Below are positions 48,837 to 56,614 of a stretch of 64,000 nt of DNA, in pieces. How positions within the stretch are numbered: position 1 is the stretch's first letter; each line of letters starts with the position of its first letter. Both the position numbers and the translations under genes were made by a program. Below the pieces are notes generated by a model that ran no database searches, was not told the DNA's origin, and was given only the letters and a program-made list of their open reading frames with translations. Origin of the DNA: an uncultured Gemmatimonadota bacterium (GTDB lineage Bacteria; JAAXHH01); contig OX638340.1 of NCBI GenBank assembly GCA_951812955.1, positions 2,816,001 to 2,880,000 on the forward strand, read 5' to 3'.

Positions 48837-50051
48837 ATGGCTGCGCGTGAAAAACCCATTTCCGACGAAGAGCGGGCTTTCTGGGCGGATATACGCCGTC
48901 AGTTCTACCTCGAGGACGGCGTGACTTTCCTCCAGGGCGGTTCGGTAGGTCCGTCCGCGAAGCCCGTGATCGAGCAGGTGATCGATTGGTTGCGCCAGGT
49001 GGAGGCGAATCCGCTTTACAACCAGCGTGAGCAGGTCATGGGGTCTCGGGTCGAGGCGGCCCGCGAAAAAGCAGCGCATTTCACCGGTGCTTCGGCCAAA
49101 AACGTGGCCCTGGTGCTCAACACCACGATGGGCATGAATGTACCCGCCCGCGGACTGCCCCTGCAGCCCGGCGGCGAGGTGCTGATGAGTGACCAGGAAT
49201 ACCCCTCGGTCCAGCGCATGTGGGAGCACATGGCCAGGACGCAGCACGTCCTGGTCCGGAAGGTTCCGCTGCCCACGCCGCCCGATTCGCCGCGAGAGAT
49301 CGTAGACGCCTTCGCCGCCCATATCACACCGCGGACCCAGGTCATGGTCTTCTCACACGTCTATTGCACCACCGGTCTCGTGGCGCCGGTCCGCGAACTG
49401 ACTGCCCTGGCCCATGACCGCGGCGCGGTCGCCGTGGTGGACGGCGCGCACGCGGTCGGGATGGTCCCGGTCGACATCGAAGCCTGGGGATGCGATTTCT
49501 ACGCGAGCAGCACGCACAAGTGGCTGCTCGCGCCCAAGGGCACGGGAATCGTATACGTGGCCGATCCTTACCTGAGTTCGCTACCGGCGCCGATCCTGGG
49601 ATACAATACGGCGCCGTTCAGCCACGCGAGACGATTCGACGTGACGGGGACCCACGATACGACCCATTTCGCCGGACTGGGCGCGGCCATCGATTACCAG
49701 CAGGACATCGGATGGGAAGACCGGATCCGGCCCTACTGCCTGGGCCTGGCCCGGTACCTGCGCGAACTGGTCGAGGAGGAGATCGAGGGCGCCCGCATGA
49801 CCGTGCCGCCGGGCTCCGAGATGTCGGGGTTTCTGACCTCCTTCACCATAGACGGGTGCAGCCTCCACCGCATCGTGCAAATCATGTGGGAGGAATACCG
49901 CATCCAGATCGCCGCGACCCGTGCGGGCGATCTACCCGTCTTCCGGATTTCCACCCATTTCTACGACAGTTACGAGGATATCGACCGGTTCATCGATGCG
50001 TTGAAGACCGTGCTTGCCACCCGGCGCGACGAAGTCTTCGAAGACCGGTAA
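48837..50051 (+). CDS. class V aminotransferase-fold PLP enzyme (cysteine desulfurase / isopenicillin-N epimerase-like)
   Basis: 404 aa. PLP-lysine block FYASSTHKWLLAPKGTG. RBS AAGGAGG upstream. Confidence 0.8.
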   Translation: MAAREKPISDEERAFWADIRRQFYLEDGVTFLQGGSVGPSAKPVIEQVIDWLRQVEANPLYNQREQVMGSRVEAAREKAAHFTGASAKNVALVLNTTMGMNVPARGLPLQPGGEVLMSDQEYPSVQRMWEHMARTQHVLVRKVPLPTPPDSPREIVDAFAAHITPRTQVMVFSHVYCTTGLVAPVRELTALAHDRGAVAVVDGAHAVGMVPVDIEAWGCDFYASSTHKWLLAPKGTGIVYVADPYLSSLPAPILGYNTAPFSHARRFDVTGTHDTTHFAGLGAAIDYQQDIGWEDRIRPYCLGLARYLRELVEEEIEGARMTVPPGSEMSGFLTSFTIDGCSLHRIVQIMWEEYRIQIAATRAGDLPVFRISTHFYDSYEDIDRFIDALKTVLATRRDEVFEDR

Positions 50052-50161
50052 TAGCTTGGCAATTCGGCACGCGAAGCGAAACGCTCCTTGAGAGCGGTCC
50101 GAAGCGAACAAGCTGTCCTGTCCCTGCCGACCCTGCCGTACGCGCGCAAGGTCCCGATCAC

Positions 50162-51547
50162 ATGTTCAGACTCGAATTCGACCGCGGGACCATCCTGGTG
50201 CATGGCGACAGAGCCACGGTGGCCGAGTTGAAGCTTCCGGGCTGCGCCTTTGACCGGCGGGTGTCGCTTTACCGAGCTCCGGCACGGCATTACCGCGAGA
50301 TCATAACGCGGCTGGCCGACCGGGGATTGACTTACCGGGACGACGCCCGGTCCTACGGCAAACTGGACCTGTCCTTTCAGTCGGACCGGTCTCCCTTCCC
50401 CTATCAACAGGAAGCGGTAGACGCCTGGTGGCAGGCGGGCGGCCGCGGCGTGGTCGTGCTGCCGACCGGGGCGGGAAAGACCTTCGTCGCACTGATGGCG
50501 ATGGCGCGGGTCCAGCGCGGCACGCTGGTAGTCGTGCCTACCATCGACCTGATGCAACAGTGGTACGGCGTGATCTCCAGCCAGTTCGATATCGAAGTGG
50601 GACTGATCGGCGGTGGCTACTACGACGTCGAGCCGGTCACCGTGTCCACCTACGATTCCGCGTACCTGCATATGGAACGGTTCGGCCACCGGTTCGGCCT
50701 GGTGATCTTCGACGAATGCCACCACCTGCCGGGACCCTCCTATCTGATGACGGCCGACCTGTCGCTGGCGCCTTACCGGCTCGGGCTGACGGCCACGCTC
50801 GAACGGGAGGACGGCGCGGAACACCAGTTGAAGGACGCGATCGGAGAGACCGTCTACCGCCAGGAGATCCGCGCGCTAAGCGGGGAATACCTGTCCGGCT
50901 ACGAAACGATAAAAGTCAGTGTGCGCCTTTCCCCGGAAGAACGCGAGGAATACCAGGAGGAAAGGAATACCTACCGCGCGTTCCTGGACAGCCACCGGAT
51001 CTCGTTGTCCGGGCCAAATGGATGGGTCCGTTTTCTGGCGGCGACGTCCCGCAGCGAAGAAGGCCGCCGGGCATTCACGGCCTACCGTACCCAGAAGGCC
51101 ATCGCCCAGGGTTCACAGGCAAAGCTGCGCGTGCTGGAAAGATTGATCCGGCAGCACCGCCGCGACCGCATGCTCATCTTCACCAGCGACAACGAAACGG
51201 TCTACCGCATATCGCGCCGGTTTCTCATTCCAGCCATCACGCACCAGACCAAGGTGAAGGAGCGCCAGGAATTGCTGGCGGCGTTTAACGCCGGTGAATA
51301 CCCCTTCCTGGTCACCTCCCGCGTACTGAACGAAGGGGTCGATGTCCCCGAGGCCAACGTGGCCGTGGTGCTGTCCGGTTCCGGTAGCGTAAGGGAACAT
51401 GTACAGCGTCTCGGCCGCATTCTCCGGCGTGTCGAGGGGAAGCACGCGATCCTGTACGAACTCGTGGCGGAGCAGACGGGCGAGGAATACGCGAGCTCGC
51501 GGCGAAGGCAGCACAGCGCCTACCGGAAAGCCCCGGAAGGGAGGTAA
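50162..51547 (+). CDS. XPB/ERCC3(Rad25)-type SF2 DNA helicase
   Basis: 461 aa from MFRLEFDRGTILVHG (DRD-like N-domain). Walker A VLPTGAGKT. DExH as IFDECHH. XPB-specific RED motif in GLTATLEREDG. Motif VI region VQRLGRILR. The ORF-track extension back to 49490 overlaps the previous gene and was rejected. Confidence 0.85.
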   Translation: MFRLEFDRGTILVHGDRATVAELKLPGCAFDRRVSLYRAPARHYREIITRLADRGLTYRDDARSYGKLDLSFQSDRSPFPYQQEAVDAWWQAGGRGVVVLPTGAGKTFVALMAMARVQRGTLVVVPTIDLMQQWYGVISSQFDIEVGLIGGGYYDVEPVTVSTYDSAYLHMERFGHRFGLVIFDECHHLPGPSYLMTADLSLAPYRLGLTATLEREDGAEHQLKDAIGETVYRQEIRALSGEYLSGYETIKVSVRLSPEEREEYQEERNTYRAFLDSHRISLSGPNGWVRFLAATSRSEEGRRAFTAYRTQKAIAQGSQAKLRVLERLIRQHRRDRMLIFTSDNETVYRISRRFLIPAITHQTKVKERQELLAAFNAGEYPFLVTSRVLNEGVDVPEANVAVVLSGSGSVREHVQRLGRILRRVEGKHAILYELVAEQTGEEYASSRRRQHSAYRKAPEGR

Positions 51548-51550
51548 GGC

Positions 51551-52801
51551 ATGCTGACGGGTGACCTCCTCCGCGTCCGTTTTCGTAAGGGCCGGATCCA
51601 TCTTCCCTATATCGATGATCAGGATCCCGATCACCTCGGGATCGCCGAAACGCTGATCCGGATTTTCGAAAACCACGAGGGCGGAACCCGCCAGGAACTG
51701 GATGAAGAGCTGGCGGATACGACCGGCAGCGGGACGGAATTCCTGTTTCATCGCGGACTGGCCAAGTTGCTGCGGGACCGCTGTACGTTCGAGTCGGCGT
51801 CACCCGTCGACCCTGCGGATCTTCGAAGGCGGATCTTCGCGGCCGCTGCCGCGGCATACAGCACGGATCAGGTCCGCATCGACCGGGAGGCCATTCTGGC
51901 CGCGGCGGGTGCGCCGGACGCCCTGGATGTCACGCAGGTGGAAGGAACTTTCTACGCCGATCTGAAGGAAGCCGAACGGCTCAAGTCATTCAAGCCCTGT
52001 ACGCCCGGATGGCTCTTGAGCAGGTACAACGTCGCCCTGGCCCAGGCCGCCCTGCTGCGGGCATCCGGAATGGATATGCTCGTGGAAGGAGAAAGTCCGG
52101 CCCGTTATCGTGAACTCTTCCGCAAGATGAAGTTCTTCCGCCTGCTCCACGAAATCCGGCAGACCGGTCCGGGGAAATACCACGTTCACGTTGACGGTCC
52201 CATGTCGCTCTTCAAGTCATCCCAACGCTACGGACTGCAGATCGCCCAGTTTCTCCCTTCCGTGCTGCACTGCCAAACCTGGCAAATCACGGCTTCTATT
52301 GTCTGGGGCGCCGCGCGCCGTGAAGGTGTATTGAAATTGACGCCTGAAACGGGGTTGAAACCGGTAGGCCCTTCTACGGGACAGTGGATACCCGAAGAGG
52401 TGGCCTGGCTCGAAGACCGGTTTAACCGGCTTAAAACGGATTGGCGCATTTCGGCCGGGACGGACGTCATCGACCTGGGCGGCCAGGGTGTACTGGCTCC
52501 CGAGTATATCCTCACCCATCTACCCACCGGGATGAGCGTATACCTGGAATTCCTCGGATACTGGCGCTCCGAAGGTGTGAGGACGCGCCTGGAACTGCTG
52601 GGCAGATACGGCCCTCCGAACATGATCCTGGCGATTTCCGCGGAACTGGGCGTGGATGAAGAAGCATCGACGGATATTCCCGGCGAGGTCTATGCGTACC
52701 GACGGACACCCGTCGCCCGCGACATCCTGAAAATCCTGGAAAACATGGTTAAAACCCATCCAGGCGCATCGGCGGGAACCCTGGATTTGTTCGACCCCTA
52801 G
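51551..52801 (+). CDS. DUF790 family nuclease (Bax1-like, XPB partner)
   Basis: 416 aa. N-terminus MLTGDLLRVRFRKGRIHLPYI. Central SRYNVALAQAALLRA...LFRKMKFFRL. C-terminal nuclease-like block PEYILTH...VYLEFLGYW. Starts 3 nt after the XPB stop. Confidence 0.75.
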   Translation: MLTGDLLRVRFRKGRIHLPYIDDQDPDHLGIAETLIRIFENHEGGTRQELDEELADTTGSGTEFLFHRGLAKLLRDRCTFESASPVDPADLRRRIFAAAAAAYSTDQVRIDREAILAAAGAPDALDVTQVEGTFYADLKEAERLKSFKPCTPGWLLSRYNVALAQAALLRASGMDMLVEGESPARYRELFRKMKFFRLLHEIRQTGPGKYHVHVDGPMSLFKSSQRYGLQIAQFLPSVLHCQTWQITASIVWGAARREGVLKLTPETGLKPVGPSTGQWIPEEVAWLEDRFNRLKTDWRISAGTDVIDLGGQGVLAPEYILTHLPTGMSVYLEFLGYWRSEGVRTRLELLGRYGPPNMILAISAELGVDEEASTDIPGEVYAYRRTPVARDILKILENMVKTHPGASAGTLDLFDP

Positions 52802-52846
52802 GCGGGCATAAATGGGTTGATTTGTCCGTCCGGCGCGTTTAAGGTT

Positions 52847-55576
52847 ATGGCCATGTCGTCCCATCCCTCCATTTCCGTTTCGTCACCCTGGATTACCCGT
52901 GGTTTCGAGGCGTTCCGCCAGGGAACCTTCGGCAATGGCGGCCAGAATCTCTACGTGTCCCGAGCTGGTGTCCTGCAGCGCATACACCAGTTCGACCTGG
53001 ACCGCGACGGCCACGTCGACCTCGTCTTCTGCAACAGTCAGAACCACGGTGAAAAGCCTCCGGTAACCGTGTACCATGACGTACTCGGCCAGACCGCTTC
53101 CAGGTCCCTTCCATCCGACGGCGGAAGAACCGGAGTCGTCGCCGATCTGAACGGGGACGGATACGACGACCTGGTCGTCGGCATGTTCTACAACGGGATC
53201 CGGCGGGACCTCAACGCGTATCTGTACTACGGCGGTCCGGACGGGTTCGGCGAGCGGCGCGTGCAGTACCTGCCTGTTCCTTTTTGTACTTCGGTTGCCG
53301 CCGGGGATTTCGACGGGGACGGGCTGCCGGACCTGGCCTTCGTTTCCGACGGCGGCGTGCGGCTTTTCCTCCAGACTTCGTTGGGATTCGAGCCTAAAAG
53401 ATACCGGGATCTCGACATAGCGGCCAACCAGGTCGCGTCCGACGACCTGGACGGCGATGGTTACGCGGACCTGGTCGTGCGTGCCGCGGAGGGATTGGTC
53501 AGTATATACTGGGGTGGTCCGGACGGGTTAGACCCGGACAGATCGTCTCAGATACCCATCGATGCCGACCCGTCGGAAGAACCGGATTCAGGCCATGACG
53601 GTTATCCCGAGGATGTCGATCCCGCCGTTCCGCTGGTATCCGTTGTCAGAATCCACGACATCCCCCACGTATTCGTCGCCCGAGCCGCTGCGGCATGCCT
53701 GGCGCCATTCGATAACAGCCGGGAACCCGGTCCACCGCTACGCCTGCCTTGCCGCAATGCGCTTGCCGTTGCCGCGGGCGACCTGGACGGGAACGGTCGG
53801 ACCGACCTGGTCGTGGCCTGCCGGGACCGGCACAATGGGGCGGAGTGTTCGTGGGTGTACCGCGGAACGGTGGACGGTTTCAACGACGCGCACCGTACCG
53901 CGATTCCGAGTCTATTCGCCTGTGACGCGGCCCTGGACGACCTGGACGGGGACGGTCGGGATGAAATCGTTATCTGCCAGACCCACACGCCGGAAAGCTA
54001 TACGTCGGAATCCCGCGTGTACTGCTGGACGGGGGAGGGATTGTCGGCGCCACGGGCCCTGGAGACCCACGACGCCCGGCGGGTACTGATGGCGCGAGCC
54101 CCGGACGATCCCAGGCCGCGGGCCGTCTTCATCAACCAGTTCAGCAGAAACCTCATGGGGGATATCCCCGTTTACATCTATCACGGCAGTCCGGATGGCT
54201 TTTCAGAGGGAAACCGGCAGGAAGTCGCGGGCTGGGGGTCGGTCGAAGCGCTCCGCTGCGACGTGAACGACGACGGGCTGCCGGACTTGATCCTGGCCAA
54301 CGCGTCCGAGAACTCGGTGCGGCAAGATCCCGGATCCTACGTGTACTTCAATCGTGCCTGTACTTTCGGGAGCGGACCCAACCTGCGCCTGCCCACCGTC
54401 CGCGCCCACGGGGTGTGTTGTGCGGATCTTGACCGGGACGGGTATCTCGATCTCGTCTTCTGTGGATTCGACAATCCGGACATCGTGATATTCTATGGAA
54501 GCCAAGACGGGTTCGACACCGAAAACACTGAGCGAATCCGGCTCGAATACGAGGGCGTCGTCTACAAGGACCCTCGATGGATATTCCTTGTAGACCTGAA
54601 TGGCGACGGCTGGCTCGACCTGGTCGTGCCGCAGATCGCGGACGATTACAGCTTCATCCTCTGGGGCGGACAGGAAGGGTTCAGTATGGACCGATGCCAG
54701 GCGCTTTCTGTCTGGCACGGCGCGTGCGCCCGGGCGGCGGACCTTAGCGGGAACGGGTATCCCGACCTGGTCATCGGCGGCCACGAACCTTCCCACGGGG
54801 CCCCCCACGATTCCTTCGTGCACATCTACTGGAACGGTCCGGACGGCCTGCGCGAGGACCGTCGCACCCTGTTGCCCGGCAACGCGGTAAATGCCATGTC
54901 GATCATGGATTTCAACGGGGACGGGTTGCTCGATCTCTTCATCTGCTCCTACCACGACAACCGGGTACGGGACATCGATTCCTTCATTTACTGGAACCGG
55001 CCCGATCTCGGTTTTTCTACCGACGATCGCACCCGGCTGTTCACCCATTCCGCGTCGGGTTGTATGGCCGCCGACTTCGACGGCGACGGTTATGTCGACC
55101 TCGCCATCGCCTATCACAAGGTTGAAGGCGACCACGTAGGCTTCTCCGCCGTCTGGTGGAACGGCTCGGACGGGTTCGACTCTCGACGGGTGACCCGCTT
55201 GCCCACGAACGGCCCCCACGGCATGACCGCCGTACAGCCTGGAAACATGCTGGACGCGGGTCCCGAAGAATACTACGTCTCCGCGCCGCACGAGATGCCC
55301 CATGGCCAGTCCGTCACCGCCATCGCCTGGGAAGCGGAATACGGACCCGGGACCTGGGTGCGCGTCCAGATCAGGCGGGCGGATACGGCGGAGGCGCTGA
55401 ACTGCGCCACCTGGCAGGGATCGTCCGGAGATGATTCCTGGTACAGGCGGCCTGGCCCGGTGTCGTTGCCGGGTGAAGACACCGGGGCCCGGTGGATACA
55501 GTACCGCCTCGCGCTGGGTGCGGAAAACGGAGGCAGTACGCCCAGGGTAACAGAAGTCCGGATCGAAACAGATTGA
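52847..55576 (+). CDS. FG-GAP/VCBS repeat protein (about 12 calcium-binding DxDxDG blades), no recognisable signal peptide
   Basis: 909 aa from MAMSSHPSISV. Twelve D-x-[DN]-x-[DN]-G motifs followed by D(L/I)(V/I/A/F/L), e.g. DLNGDGYDDLVV, DFDGDGLPDLAF, DLDGDGYADLVV, DFNGDGLLDLFI. Confidence 0.8.
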   Translation: MAMSSHPSISVSSPWITRGFEAFRQGTFGNGGQNLYVSRAGVLQRIHQFDLDRDGHVDLVFCNSQNHGEKPPVTVYHDVLGQTASRSLPSDGGRTGVVADLNGDGYDDLVVGMFYNGIRRDLNAYLYYGGPDGFGERRVQYLPVPFCTSVAAGDFDGDGLPDLAFVSDGGVRLFLQTSLGFEPKRYRDLDIAANQVASDDLDGDGYADLVVRAAEGLVSIYWGGPDGLDPDRSSQIPIDADPSEEPDSGHDGYPEDVDPAVPLVSVVRIHDIPHVFVARAAAACLAPFDNSREPGPPLRLPCRNALAVAAGDLDGNGRTDLVVACRDRHNGAECSWVYRGTVDGFNDAHRTAIPSLFACDAALDDLDGDGRDEIVICQTHTPESYTSESRVYCWTGEGLSAPRALETHDARRVLMARAPDDPRPRAVFINQFSRNLMGDIPVYIYHGSPDGFSEGNRQEVAGWGSVEALRCDVNDDGLPDLILANASENSVRQDPGSYVYFNRACTFGSGPNLRLPTVRAHGVCCADLDRDGYLDLVFCGFDNPDIVIFYGSQDGFDTENTERIRLEYEGVVYKDPRWIFLVDLNGDGWLDLVVPQIADDYSFILWGGQEGFSMDRCQALSVWHGACARAADLSGNGYPDLVIGGHEPSHGAPHDSFVHIYWNGPDGLREDRRTLLPGNAVNAMSIMDFNGDGLLDLFICSYHDNRVRDIDSFIYWNRPDLGFSTDDRTRLFTHSASGCMAADFDGDGYVDLAIAYHKVEGDHVGFSAVWWNGSDGFDSRRVTRLPTNGPHGMTAVQPGNMLDAGPEEYYVSAPHEMPHGQSVTAIAWEAEYGPGTWVRVQIRRADTAEALNCATWQGSSGDDSWYRRPGPVSLPGEDTGARWIQYRLALGAENGGSTPRVTEVRIETD

Positions 55577-55618
55577 CGGATTGGCAGTCTGTATTGCGGC
55601 CGGAAGGGAAAGTGACAG

Positions 55619-56479
55619 ATGCGCGCAGAACAGGTCGTCCTCGACTCATTGCGCCAGTGGGCGGAAGAGCATGACAACATCCGCGGCATGGTCCTGACGA
55701 GTTCCCGGGTCAACGAAGACGCGGTCCTGGACCTGATGTCGGACTACGACGTGGAGGTCTATGTGACCGACCAGCAGTGTTTCGCGGGGGGCGATGAATG
55801 GCTGGAGGCATTCGGCCCCGTGTTAATACGTTGGCCTGCGTGCCCTGCCTGGGACGAGGAGGGCGGGTTGTATCGCCTTGTGATCTATGAAGACGGCGTA
55901 CGGATCGACTGGGGAGTAAAAAAGGTTGAGCAAATGAAAAGGTTCAATGGTCCTTCCCAACCCTACAGAGTGCTGGTGGACAAGGACCGGCGCGTCGAAA
56001 ACCCGCTCCAGACGAGTTATGCCGGTTTCAACATCACCCGGCCTTCGAAGACAGAATTCGATTCGATGATGCATGACTTCTGGTGGGACCTCACCTACGT
56101 GGCGAAAAGTCTCTGGCGCGACGAAATTTACTGGGCGAAGTACATGTATGGCAGACGGCACTTCAAGGAGCTCGAAAAGGTCATCGAATGGTACATCGGC
56201 ATGCATCACGAATGGTCTGTCAACACCAACAAGCACGGCCGGTGGTTCAAGCGGTACCTGGACGAAGATACGCTGGAAGAAATCGATTCCACCTTTGCGG
56301 GCGCGGATATCAAGGAAAACTGGACCGCGCTGTTCAACATGACCCGGCTGTTCAGGCGGCTTTCCGTCGCGGTCGCAGATGAACTGGGTTTCGATTACCC
56401 CCATGATTCCGACCGGCGCGTTACGGCGTACATGGACAAGATCAGGCGCCTGGACCGGGACGCGGAGGATTTCGTATGA
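55619..56479 (+). CDS. aminoglycoside 6-adenylyltransferase (ANT(6)/AadK) family nucleotidyltransferase
   Basis: 286 aa. Collinear with B. subtilis AadK as I recall it: MR.EQ...IR..VL..SR.N......SDYD...YVTD. Pol-beta NTase motif SS-x12-DYD. The RPS..EFD....FWW...YVAK.L.R.E block is also present. Confidence 0.8.
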   Translation: MRAEQVVLDSLRQWAEEHDNIRGMVLTSSRVNEDAVLDLMSDYDVEVYVTDQQCFAGGDEWLEAFGPVLIRWPACPAWDEEGGLYRLVIYEDGVRIDWGVKKVEQMKRFNGPSQPYRVLVDKDRRVENPLQTSYAGFNITRPSKTEFDSMMHDFWWDLTYVAKSLWRDEIYWAKYMYGRRHFKELEKVIEWYIGMHHEWSVNTNKHGRWFKRYLDEDTLEEIDSTFAGADIKENWTALFNMTRLFRRLSVAVADELGFDYPHDSDRRVTAYMDKIRRLDRDAEDFV

Positions 56480-56519
56480 AGACTGGTGTAATTTTTTATA
56501 GCGGTTATTCGAACTGACA

Positions 56520-56539
56520 TATTGTACAATTGTACAATA
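56520..56539. promoter_or_regulatory. 20-bp perfect palindrome, probable operator upstream of the ALDH7-type gene
   Basis: TATTGTACAATTGTACAATA is its own reverse complement and consists of two abutting TTGTACAA palindromes. Its centre lies about 85 nt upstream of ATG 56615. Confidence 0.55.
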
Positions 56540-56614
56540 GGCAAGCACGAGCAGGTAAGCTGGTTCTGTTAGACTATTCACCATTTCAGGGTACATAATA
56601 TCGGAGAACCCAAG

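Noticed and set aside
49490-50161. 224-codon N-terminal extension of the XPB helicase ORF in the track.
   Set aside because: It overlaps the class V PLP-enzyme gene in another frame and is Arg/Pro-rich. The XPB-like N-domain begins at MFRLEFDRGTILV (ATG 50162).
54712-54730. Additional TGGCAC-containing sites (also at 10734 and 44778) checked as sigma-54 promoters.
   Set aside because: They lack the correctly spaced TTGC -12 element and lie inside coding regions.
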